Source: a virus. Taken from it: DNA of 64,000 nucleotides. The stretch's first letter is position 1; each line of letters starts with the position of its first letter. Location of the stretch: the IMG/VR virus record IMGVR_UViG_3300046542_000335, positions 1 through 64,000 of that record. One strand, given 5' to 3'. Below, in pieces: positions 48,365 through 57,344 of the stretch. The translations under genes were made by a program, and so were the position numbers. The notes below the pieces were generated by a model. The model was not told where the DNA came from. It saw only the letters and a list, made by a program, of their open reading frames with translations, and did no database searches.

Positions 48365-49222
48365 ATGTCCTTAGAATCCGTCTCACGGGACCTCTTGACC
48401 AATCGAGCGGTTGGTCAGTTTCCCCTCTCCATCGCTACCTCCCTGGCCATTGAATCGCTGATCGGTATCTTCCCAGACGCCCCCAGCGAACATCCGCCTA
48501 TTCGGGACCACGATTCCCTCTGGGTTAATATGCGGACACTGATCCGTAACCTGTTGGGATCGCTCAAAACCGAGGACCGCAAACACCTGACCGAGCATAC
48601 CGTTGCCGAATACATCGTCAATGAGATGCGTACCATCGAGACGGTTTGCGTGGAGCATGGCGATGGACGGTTTGAAGTTGCCTTCTATAAGTGCAGCTAC
48701 ACAGACCTGTCCTACAGCTACAACAAGTCCATCCTCAAGGTTCCGTCCACCCCAGGTCAGAAGTTGTCCTGGGCATTTGAGGAGAACGTCCTCAAGGTAA
48801 TCGACGAAGAATACCAGGGCCATATCCCGTACTTGACCTTGACCCGGAAGTTTCCAGAAGTCCATTCAAGGGTGCTGTTGATTTCCCACTATCCTGTGGA
48901 TCTCCTACAGCGGTACAAGTTCGACAACCTCGCCTTGCTGGAAACCCACACAGGCGCCGTTAAGCCGCCGAACATGTGGAACACCAAGCTGAAGGACGGT
49001 CGAGAGCTGGAGCGCATCCCGTTTGATCGTATGACGTTACAGATGTTCGGTGACGGCATCACCTTCTCCCCGATGAATCTCAAGGTTCGTCAGAAGCTGG
49101 TGGAAATCGCCGAGAAGAACAAATGGACTCCGTTAACAACCAAGGAGTTCGTCATCTATTGTGTGGAACAGAACCGAGATCCGGCGCTTGAATCGCTGGT
49201 CAAAGATCTTTACCGCATTTAA
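48365..49222 (+). CDS. Conserved protein, possible 5'-3' exonuclease/PIN-like (phiKZ gp66-like)
   Basis: SIATSLAIE, WVNMRTLIRN, SHYPVDLL, LLETHTG, FGD motifs; synteny. Confidence 0.6.
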   Translation: MSLESVSRDLLTNRAVGQFPLSIATSLAIESLIGIFPDAPSEHPPIRDHDSLWVNMRTLIRNLLGSLKTEDRKHLTEHTVAEYIVNEMRTIETVCVEHGDGRFEVAFYKCSYTDLSYSYNKSILKVPSTPGQKLSWAFEENVLKVIDEEYQGHIPYLTLTRKFPEVHSRVLLISHYPVDLLQRYKFDNLALLETHTGAVKPPNMWNTKLKDGRELERIPFDRMTLQMFGDGITFSPMNLKVRQKLVEIAEKNKWTPLTTKEFVIYCVEQNRDPALESLVKDLYRI

Positions 49223-49281
49223 TTTTACTGTCCGTACAAATCAGTTGCACGTACGACCCTCCACTTTACAGAGAAGTATCA

Positions 49282-50073
49282 ATGTCCAACGGAAATGAGA
49301 AAGCCCGCCGCGATCCGATGTGCCTGGATGATAGCAAACTGCGCCTGTACGGTACCCCTATCCAGGACGGTGCCTACCCTCCAAGCCTTCGCATCAAGCT
49401 GATTGAAAACAATCCTTGTCTGGAAGTCGACCTCGGCATGAAAACCGAGAAAGGCTACCCGATGAAGATCGAGGGCCCGATGGATCCGCAGCAGTTCAAC
49501 ACCCTGTTGATCCTGCTCGAGAAAGTGGCGGCTTACCCGAACGCGATTTCGTTCGAAATGGAAAACTGGGGTCACCCGTTCATCTGGGACCGCGACCAGG
49601 GCAAATCCATTCGCTCCAAAGACCGCGTCATCATTTCGAAGACCCAGGTCCAGAAGCGCGAAGATGGCGTTGTTACCATCGCACTGGCAGCCAAGAAGAT
49701 GCAACTCGTCGAGTTCGTATTCCAGCCTGGCGAATTCCACCCGATCACTCAAGGCGGCCAGCCGGCTCCTCTGAAGATCACCTCGCCTGTTGCAGCGGCC
49801 GGTTGGGCCAAAGCGATCAGCGACATCTACAACACCAACTTCGCCATCAACTGGAAAGAACCTGAGTTCCAGAAGAAGAAACGTCTTGAGCGCATGCAGA
49901 ATGCTCAGAACGGTGGCGGGCAGCGTCAAGGTGGTGGCGGTAACAACTACAACCGTAACGGCAATGGGGGCGGCGGTGGTAACAACTACAACGGCGGTCA
50001 ACAGCAGCAACAACGTCCAGCTCCAGCTCCGGCGCCAGCGTCCGACAGCTTCGACGACGACATTCCGTTCTAA
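49282..50073 (+). CDS. chmC: ChmC-like nucleic-acid-binding protein with G/N/Q-rich tail and SSB-type C-terminus
   Basis: Immediately upstream of gp68-like subunit; low-complexity tail ending DSFDDDIPF. Confidence 0.65.
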   Translation: MSNGNEKARRDPMCLDDSKLRLYGTPIQDGAYPPSLRIKLIENNPCLEVDLGMKTEKGYPMKIEGPMDPQQFNTLLILLEKVAAYPNAISFEMENWGHPFIWDRDQGKSIRSKDRVIISKTQVQKREDGVVTIALAAKKMQLVEFVFQPGEFHPITQGGQPAPLKITSPVAAAGWAKAISDIYNTNFAINWKEPEFQKKKRLERMQNAQNGGGQRQGGGGNNYNRNGNGGGGGNNYNGGQQQQQRPAPAPAPASDSFDDDIPF

Positions 50074-50174
50074 CGGATATAGCCAGTAAACCAAGGTATC
50101 TCGGACTAAGGTACAGGTCCCTCTGGGGCCTGTATCGAGGAATTTATGCCGTTCATGATAAAACTTTACAATGC

Positions 50175-50182
50175 TACATTAT
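50175..50182 (+). promoter_or_regulatory. Putative early promoter core TACATTAT
   Basis: AAAACTTTACAATGC-TACATTAT. Confidence 0.6.
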
Positions 50183-50211
50183 ACTAGTGACCACTCACCT
50201 AGGAGTCCGTG

Positions 50212-51786
50212 ATGGAATTTAAAATCTCTACCTACACCGAACGAAGTTTCTCCGCAGTCTCCCTGACTCGGGAACCCGGTACGGAAGGCGAGCTGTTCTT
50301 CCCAACCGGAGGATACTCTACTGCCCGTCCAAACGCTTCCGTTCGTGAAGATGATGAGATTGGGAGCCATCTGGACATGTTCGCGGAGATCAACCAGTTT
50401 CTCCAGAAGTACTTGTCCGAAGATCAGAAGGACCAGCTGTTCGCACACTACGAGAAGCTGGAAGGTATCTTTACTCAGTCCAACCCGAAAGACTGCAACA
50501 TCGACGACTTGACGCGAGCCATCATGCGGGAAGTCAACGGTATCTACAATATCGTGAAGTTCGATCAGTTGCGTGAATTCATCGTCACCAATCCGAAGAT
50601 CCGCTTGCCGCAAGAGCTGTCTGACGATTACGTGACTGAAGACAAGATCACCCCAACCTACAAGTCCCTGACCTACCGCCTCCAGGAATACATCGATCTG
50701 GTAGCCGGTGCGTTGGGACTCCGACTGATGATCCCAATCTGGGGTTTCTATCTGCCGATAGCAGGCAAAGAGTCAAACATCAACATGAAGGAGTTCACCT
50801 CCTACCAGTTGATCATGAACAGCAAGTTCTACAAGTCCACAGTGTTCTCTCGCTTGGATGTGTACGTACGGGCTAATCTCAAAGAAACCACCTACGACAT
50901 CACTGCGGCACTGAACTTCATGTCGTCGGAAGAAATCCCGACGTACCTGTTGGCATTGGCCGTAATCCGTAAACTGTCGATTGCTCCACTCTCTATTGAG
51001 CGTGAGCGCGATCACCTGATGAAGATCTTGTACAACTATATCGATGGCCGGTTTGACCGCATGGCTACCGAGTTCAAACAGCAAGTCGCCGAGAAGAAGA
51101 GCGGTGCTGGGCCAGTTGAGGATAACTCCTCTGTCTGGTCGATGTACAAGATGAAGGAAGCGATCACAGCCGGTGAGCTTACGCTGATCCAGCTGTACGT
51201 GAACGAGTATCACACTTGCGCGGCCGCAATCGATCCGAACTACATGCCGGACCGCTTGGCAGCTTCCATTGCGCACATCGCCACCATTGAAGACTTCAAC
51301 CCAACACGAGCCCAGAAAGGCTTGGCTGCTTGGATCATGTCTACTGTTATCGCCGGTGTGGTGATTGACATGTTCGACATGGAAACCTTGAAGAACAACA
51401 TGGCTATCGCGCAGACGATTCTCTGGGAATGGGGATTCCTGGATCTGGCCATCATGCTGACTGCCCGAAAGGACGTATCAGCGATCACCACTGAACTCAG
51501 CAAGGCTAAGGTTAGCCAAAGTCATCGTGACGTGTTGGACGTAATCAACCCGTACATGATGCCTGACCCAAAACGTGATGACCAACTCTTCATTGCCAAC
51601 TCGGCAGTGCGTGGTATCGAAGAGATCATCAAGGAGTTCATGCGATCCGATTGGTTCATCGACTGCCCGAAACAGCTGGCTGTAGAATACAACCGCGCTG
51701 ATCTTTCCGAATATCTGGACATCTCGCCTAGCGTCCGCAATCGCCTGGCAGAAATCCTGATTCGTCTGAATGATCACGTTCGCTAA
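50212..51786 (+). CDS. nvRNAP promoter-specificity (sigma-like) subunit (phiKZ gp68-like)
   Basis: About 524 aa; synteny; RLMIPIWG, YKMKE motifs. Confidence 0.72.
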   Translation: MEFKISTYTERSFSAVSLTREPGTEGELFFPTGGYSTARPNASVREDDEIGSHLDMFAEINQFLQKYLSEDQKDQLFAHYEKLEGIFTQSNPKDCNIDDLTRAIMREVNGIYNIVKFDQLREFIVTNPKIRLPQELSDDYVTEDKITPTYKSLTYRLQEYIDLVAGALGLRLMIPIWGFYLPIAGKESNINMKEFTSYQLIMNSKFYKSTVFSRLDVYVRANLKETTYDITAALNFMSSEEIPTYLLALAVIRKLSIAPLSIERERDHLMKILYNYIDGRFDRMATEFKQQVAEKKSGAGPVEDNSSVWSMYKMKEAITAGELTLIQLYVNEYHTCAAAIDPNYMPDRLAASIAHIATIEDFNPTRAQKGLAAWIMSTVIAGVVIDMFDMETLKNNMAIAQTILWEWGFLDLAIMLTARKDVSAITTELSKAKVSQSHRDVLDVINPYMMPDPKRDDQLFIANSAVRGIEEIIKEFMRSDWFIDCPKQLAVEYNRADLSEYLDISPSVRNRLAEILIRLNDHVR

Positions 51787-51810
51787 TTAAGTAAGGAGTG
51801 GGAAAATATC

Positions 51811-53370
51811 ATGACAATGCGTCTATTGAAGTTGAGTGTGGTGGAAACAGACGGCGCCGTTCAAGGCGTGATCCGTCCGTTCGACACCGACATCAAACAA
51901 TCAGACATCGACCGCGTTGTGAACTTGACCGATGATGGTCAGAGCCTCAGTGCGGACCGTCTGGCCAGAGCGATCTCCAGCGGCGACGGGATGATCGTTC
52001 CGTCTATTGATTTCAAGATCGACTCGAAGATCGAGAACGGTTGGGGCGAACGTCGCCTGATGTTTGCAATGGTGGTAGAGATTGCCACCAGCCGTACCTC
52101 CAGCCACTACGAGTACATCGTAGGTTACACTGACCATTCCGGTTACAGTAACCTCGGTGGCCGGGCGAAGTTTGACCCGGACATGAAAATGTTCTTCAAC
52201 TCGATCACTCGAGTCCACATGACGGCAGCCACTTACCGTGGAGGTAGTCAGATCTGGCAGCCGTCTATCAAGGCGCACGATCAGATCCTTAACCGGTCAG
52301 CAATCAATGGCGAACGTCGCCGTACAGACCTGACTCCAGTAACCCTGCGTCCTACCGACTTGTTCAACCGCAAAGGTTCCGAATCCGCATTCGGTGCCCA
52401 CCTGCGTTCGAGCGGTTCCGTCGGTATGAACACCACCGGTTCCTTCAGCTCCCAGCTGCGGGCATCGACCCGTGAGAACAACGACCCATCCCGTTTCCTG
52501 TCCCGAGCGTTGACTGCACACTCCCGAGCAACTGCCGCTCATGGCCGTGGTGATCTGGATGGTGACGACGACGATCTGGTAATGGCAAACGCCTCCGACG
52601 CGGCAGCTGAGACCTGTCTGGACGTGGATCCGTACCTGGAAGAATTGCGTCGTGTCAGCGGTATCATGGATTCCGGCTACATCACCTTCGGTGAGCTCAT
52701 GGAGTTGAATCCTGAGTTTGACGAAGACGAGCAGCTGCCATTCACGCCGTATGAAATGCGCAAAACGTCCATCAATCTGTCCGAAGCCCGTTCCTGGAAC
52801 TCGGACTCCCCTGAATGCCTGGCAGCCACCATTGTTGCCCAGAGCCTTCCGGTGGTGATGATCAACGCCATGTACTCGAAGGTTGATAACCTCATCCTGA
52901 ACACTCGTGCCCGCATGGGCGAGCCTCGTGTACTGGCCGGTCGTTGTACCCCGTTCGTTCCTGGATTGGAAGCGACCTCCACGCTGGAGTATTTCGAATC
53001 CACAGTGGAATCGGTGATCCTCCAAGCCATCAGTCATGGTGGCATGATGGACATCGACTGCACCATCAACGCCAACATTGACCAGGATATCGAAATCTGG
53101 ATCAGTCTTGACGGTGGTGAGGAACACTACTTCCCATTCTTCAGTGCCGCGGACAGTCTGACTGCCCCGACCCTGAGTGACTCTATCCAAACAGTTGATC
53201 TGTTGTCCGAGGACATCGTGAGACTGGCCGAAGGTGTCCGCCATAATCGGGATGGCCGTCGTCCTACTCACGTTACCGAGAATCGTGGCATCAGCCTCAG
53301 CACTGACTTGTCGGACGCCCGCGATGACCGCGATCGTTCCCGCAGCCGTAATGGCCGTCCGGCCTGGTAA
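51811..53370 (+). CDS. picA: Phage nucleus protein-import factor PicA/Imp1 (phiKZ gp69-like)
   Basis: Synteny after gp68-like; IENGWGERRLMF, GYTDH, DPDMKMFFNS motifs. Confidence 0.72.
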   Translation: MTMRLLKLSVVETDGAVQGVIRPFDTDIKQSDIDRVVNLTDDGQSLSADRLARAISSGDGMIVPSIDFKIDSKIENGWGERRLMFAMVVEIATSRTSSHYEYIVGYTDHSGYSNLGGRAKFDPDMKMFFNSITRVHMTAATYRGGSQIWQPSIKAHDQILNRSAINGERRRTDLTPVTLRPTDLFNRKGSESAFGAHLRSSGSVGMNTTGSFSSQLRASTRENNDPSRFLSRALTAHSRATAAHGRGDLDGDDDDLVMANASDAAAETCLDVDPYLEELRRVSGIMDSGYITFGELMELNPEFDEDEQLPFTPYEMRKTSINLSEARSWNSDSPECLAATIVAQSLPVVMINAMYSKVDNLILNTRARMGEPRVLAGRCTPFVPGLEATSTLEYFESTVESVILQAISHGGMMDIDCTINANIDQDIEIWISLDGGEEHYFPFFSAADSLTAPTLSDSIQTVDLLSEDIVRLAEGVRHNRDGRRPTHVTENRGISLSTDLSDARDDRDRSRSRNGRPAW

Positions 53371-53383
53371 CTAGGAGTAAACC

Positions 53384-54670
53384 ATGTCAAAGCAAGAAGC
53401 GGTACTGGAGTTTAGCGCAAACGTTCTAAAGGACGTCGGCGTATTCGACGCCAGCGGTGAAGGGTTCCTGTCGTATCTGGCAGGTGATCTCCCGAAGCCA
53501 GTCACCATTGGCCCTAAACGTCTCTGCCTGCCAGTCCGCGCCATTCTGGATGACGGACAGTGGGATCAGCGCATCGCGTTTGCTCCCTTGGCTGAGCAGA
53601 TCAGTCAGGGTCCAAGCCCTGTACTGAATGCGTTCAAGGAATTCGTTCAGCTGCGTCTGAAAGAAACCTTCAAGGCGGTGATCCTGTCCTTGATGGAATT
53701 GGCCATTGACCAGAAACGTCACAAAGGCCTCAAGGCTGATGCGGCGAAGTTCCTGCAACTGCTGGTCGAAGCTGACCAGAAGACCATGGACACACTGGTT
53801 CGTGTTCTGAACGCGGTCGGCACGGCGCCTGAGAAACGCCTGGTCTCGCTGTTCCTCAAGAATGGCGGTGAAGGTGGTGCACTTCGCAGCTGCGTGGTTT
53901 CCTTCCCAATCATGGAAGACGCCCCAGCTGAAGACACCACCACCTTCTTCGGCGTGAAGATGGCCCGCAAGACCAAAGACAAGCACCTGATCGTCAACCT
54001 GCTGGAATACGTCCTGGGTAACGAAGAAGAGCGTAAGGCATTCACCAAGTCGTCTAACGATGGCGAGGCGCCTTACTTCCATTCGCTGCTCCTGTCCTTC
54101 CACGCAATGGCCACTCACCTGAACAAACTGATTGATCGTCACAAGGCGGGCTGCTCCCACCTCGACGGTCTGCGGTTTGAACTGGCGTGGACTGAGCAGC
54201 TGGTCGATTTCACCAACTTCGCCCACACCCACGGTCGTGTCATTCCGGTACTACCGGGTAACCGTGGCAAAGAGCGTGAAGAAGCGATCAAGAAAGAAGC
54301 GCTGGAACTCAGTGCTGATGACCTGGGTCTGGCTGAAGAAGATCGGCCACGTCGTAACAGCGACGAGCGCGATCGTGAACGCAACCGTCGTGACGAACCT
54401 GAGCGCGAGCGTAGCTGGCGTGATAGCCGTCGTGAAGAACCGGAAGATCGTGGCAGTCGCCGGGATCGGGACTACGACCGTGAAGAACCTCGGGTAGAAA
54501 TTAGCCGGGATGATAGCGGTGGTCGTTCTCTGAGTGACATCCTGGGTCGTGCAGGGCGTGGGCGTGACGACGATCGTGAAGAACGTGGTCGCAGTCGTGA
54601 CCGAGATGGCGGACGTGACGGTGGCCGTAATAGCCGTTACACCAGCCGTCGTGGCGGCCGTGCCTGGTAA
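53384..54670 (+). CDS. Conserved chimallivirus protein (phiKZ gp70-like) with R/D/E-rich tail
   Basis: KRLCLP, FAPLAE..GPSPV, APYFHSLL motifs; synteny. Confidence 0.7.
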   Translation: MSKQEAVLEFSANVLKDVGVFDASGEGFLSYLAGDLPKPVTIGPKRLCLPVRAILDDGQWDQRIAFAPLAEQISQGPSPVLNAFKEFVQLRLKETFKAVILSLMELAIDQKRHKGLKADAAKFLQLLVEADQKTMDTLVRVLNAVGTAPEKRLVSLFLKNGGEGGALRSCVVSFPIMEDAPAEDTTTFFGVKMARKTKDKHLIVNLLEYVLGNEEERKAFTKSSNDGEAPYFHSLLLSFHAMATHLNKLIDRHKAGCSHLDGLRFELAWTEQLVDFTNFAHTHGRVIPVLPGNRGKEREEAIKKEALELSADDLGLAEEDRPRRNSDERDRERNRRDEPERERSWRDSRREEPEDRGSRRDRDYDREEPRVEISRDDSGGRSLSDILGRAGRGRDDDREERGRSRDRDGGRDGGRNSRYTSRRGGRAW

Positions 54671-54680
54671 TCAGGTAGCG

Positions 54681-54728
54681 GCATAAATAGAGGAGGGGTC
54701 AAACCCTCCTCTATCCTTTTCTTTTTTG
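54681..54728. terminator. Bidirectional terminator: TTTTCTTTTTT on +, TTTATGCC on -
   Basis: ATAGAGGAGGG/CCCTCCTCTAT stem between convergent genes. Confidence 0.85.
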
Positions 54729-54730
54729 TA

Positions 54731-55066
54731 CTAGATACGGGTGCGATAGACTTGTTTGAGCTGACCGAGAAACTGCTGATCTGGGATCAATAGTTTGGTG
54801 GTGTGTTCGTCGAAGTCCTGCGGACCGTTGAGGTCATTGAGACGAATAATGACCAAGTGGTCCTCAATGGCTACTTTTTGATCGAGTAAGAACGATGTCA
54901 GGTCGTAACGGAACAGGTATCCCGTTTCCACTGGTATCGTCAAGAGGGTTGTGGACCGGTCATTCCTGATCGATGGAATGATGGACTCTACGAACGCTTT
55001 GTATTCGTCCGAGAGCACAAAGGCTGCCGGGACTGAGATCATTGCGTTATCTAGACTACTGGCCAT
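54731..55066 (-). CDS. Small protein, T4 gp53/LysM-like baseplate wedge candidate
   Basis: AAGGAG SD; FRYDL..L...VIIRLNDL..P.......LLIP pattern. Confidence 0.55.
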   Translation of the reverse strand: MASSLDNAMISVPAAFVLSDEYKAFVESIIPSIRNDRSTTLLTIPVETGYLFRYDLTSFLLDQKVAIEDHLVIIRLNDLNGPQDFDEHTTKLLIPDQQFLGQLKQVYRTRI

Positions 55067-55090
55067 GAATACTCCTTTAAATTGCAGACA

Positions 55091-55098
55091 TACATTAT
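55091..55098 (+). promoter_or_regulatory. Putative early promoter core TACATTAT
   Basis: AAATTGCAGACA-TACATTAT. Confidence 0.6.
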
Positions 55099-55135
55099 CA
55101 GATTGAACCTCATTCACTGAAAGCAGTAGGAGCTA

Positions 55136-57313
55136 GTGATGGATTTGCCACCAGAGTTGCCGCATAACGAAATCCCGATCGAAATGGTCCCCGTGAGCGG
55201 CTCTAACCCCTACTTCCCCTACGTGTCCGCAGCACGACAGGTGATGTACACCGGTAACCGCACTCAAGAATTGTCCGTGGTAGGACGCACGCGTAAACGC
55301 CAACGGTCTGCGCTTGAGAAAGAACTGGCCAAAGCCACCTTCCGCCATCAGTTCGATGTGGATGCGACGGTATTGGCTGTAATCCCACGATTTAAGAACG
55401 ACGGTATCCACGGCGATTTCAAGATCAATCCGCTGGATGTCGTAATCTTCGAGAACTACGAGAGTGGTCAGCTGGATGTACTTGAGCTGTCCAAATTTCA
55501 TGTAATGCACCAGCACTACGGTTTCCGCTTTGCGGAGAACGAAGACGCGATGGATAAGTTGCGCAACACCAATAAGCCAAACTTCGAGGCTGGTACGGTG
55601 TTGATGCGCAGTCCTAACGTCACCGACGACGGCGACTACATGCCTGGGCTGGAAACCAACGTGATCCTGATCACCGATCCGGCGGTAACGGAGGATGCGC
55701 TGGTATATAGCGAATCCTACGCCCAGCGTATCCGGACGACTGGTTACGAAAGTCGGACGTTTGGCTTTGGTCGGACTCATTATCCGATCAACTCCTACGG
55801 CACCACCACGGAATGCAAGATCTTGCCAGATGTAGGCGATAAGATCCATTCCAACGGTCTGCTGTGCGCCATGCGTCCATACGATCCGATTCTGGATGCC
55901 GTATACATGTCGGCGAAGAAGTTGCTGAAACCCGTTTACGGGATGGATACGCCGGTGTATGGCGTACCTGATGCGGTGGTAGTTGACATCCGTGTGGTGC
56001 GTAACGAATCGGTACGTGATCGCCGACTGCCAGAAGAGTTGGTGAAACAGCTCGACCGGTACTACCAGGCTGACAAGCGGTATTACAAGGAAATCATCAA
56101 GACTGCACTGAAACGTTCGGGCAAATACATGACCGCCCGTCCGAATCTGTCGATGCGTTTGAATGCGCTGCTGTACGAAGCTTTCGCATTCGTGGGCAAA
56201 GACCTGCTGGACGATGACCTGTGGCCGTACGACAACTCCGCTGCCCTGGAAGTGAATCGCCGCTACCGTGGTGAAACACTCGACGAGTATCGGGTTGAAG
56301 TTACGTACGAATACCTGGCTCAGGTAAAGGAAGGCTCCAAAGGTACCGGCATGCACGGTAACAAAGGGGTATCCGGTGAAGTACGTCCTGATGCTGACAT
56401 GCCAATCGATGAGAACGGCAACCGCGCTGAAGTCATGGCGCTGTGTACCTCTGTCGGTAACCGGATGAACCCTGGGTTGATCCATGAGCAGTATGTGGGT
56501 GCCGCCGGGCGGGACGTGATCAAACGTATCCGTCGAGCATTCGGCATGCCAGACATGGGCGTCATTCGCATGGATGACATCAACGACGCGGTGTTCGATG
56601 ATCGCAACGCAGCCTTGGCTGACGAGCAGTTCGAGTACCTGATGGGTTGGTACAAGATCGTAGCGCCGAACGAGAACTTCAAGGCGTTGAGCAAACCACA
56701 CGTCAGGAGCACTGACCGTTGGTTGCGTCACTTGGCCCAAGTCATCAAAGATGGCGACGAGCCATGGGGCACTTACTTCAACCTGCCATCCACTTCCGGC
56801 GTCCGTATGGACAAGGTGCTGGAACAGCTGGAAACTGGTCCATACGCTCCAGAGATCACTCGGGTTACTTACCGGGATCACGGCGGCAACATGGTCACCA
56901 CCAAAGAACCTATCCTGATCGGGCCGAACTACTACCTGATCCTGGAAAAGACTGCGACCGACTGGTCGGGTGTAAGTTCCTCCAAGACCAGCCACTTCGG
57001 TACCACTGCCCGTCTCACCAACGCGGACAAGTACTCGTCGCCTGGCCGTCAGACCGTAACCCGGTCTATGGACGAATCGACCGTACGGAACATGGCTCAT
57101 GCAATGGGGGCGGAAATCATCGCCGACATCATGGACCTGAACAACAACCCAACCGCACACAAAGAGGTTTGCTACAACATCCTCACGGCTGAACAGCCAA
57201 CGAACATCGAACGCGTCATCGATCGAGAGAAGTTCAAGCTCGGTGGTCACCGCCCATTGGCGTTTGCGATCCACCAGTTGATCGTTTCCGGCAAGAACAT
57301 CTCCCGCGACTAA
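55136..57313 (+). CDS. nvRNAP beta-like subunit (phiKZ gp71-73-like), uninterrupted
   Basis: SAARQVM, TEDA, GSKGTGMHGNKG, NRMNPG, DESTVR motifs. Confidence 0.92.
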   Translation: MMDLPPELPHNEIPIEMVPVSGSNPYFPYVSAARQVMYTGNRTQELSVVGRTRKRQRSALEKELAKATFRHQFDVDATVLAVIPRFKNDGIHGDFKINPLDVVIFENYESGQLDVLELSKFHVMHQHYGFRFAENEDAMDKLRNTNKPNFEAGTVLMRSPNVTDDGDYMPGLETNVILITDPAVTEDALVYSESYAQRIRTTGYESRTFGFGRTHYPINSYGTTTECKILPDVGDKIHSNGLLCAMRPYDPILDAVYMSAKKLLKPVYGMDTPVYGVPDAVVVDIRVVRNESVRDRRLPEELVKQLDRYYQADKRYYKEIIKTALKRSGKYMTARPNLSMRLNALLYEAFAFVGKDLLDDDLWPYDNSAALEVNRRYRGETLDEYRVEVTYEYLAQVKEGSKGTGMHGNKGVSGEVRPDADMPIDENGNRAEVMALCTSVGNRMNPGLIHEQYVGAAGRDVIKRIRRAFGMPDMGVIRMDDINDAVFDDRNAALADEQFEYLMGWYKIVAPNENFKALSKPHVRSTDRWLRHLAQVIKDGDEPWGTYFNLPSTSGVRMDKVLEQLETGPYAPEITRVTYRDHGGNMVTTKEPILIGPNYYLILEKTATDWSGVSSSKTSHFGTTARLTNADKYSSPGRQTVTRSMDESTVRNMAHAMGAEIIADIMDLNNNPTAHKEVCYNILTAEQPTNIERVIDREKFKLGGHRPLAFAIHQLIVSGKNISRD

Positions 57314-57344
57314 GCGGGAGTACCATTCACCAAGGAGTTATCGA

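Noticed and set aside
54340-54660. Apparent DNA tandem repeats (CGTGA-rich)
   Set aside because: Explained by low-complexity Arg/Asp/Glu coding; treated at protein level
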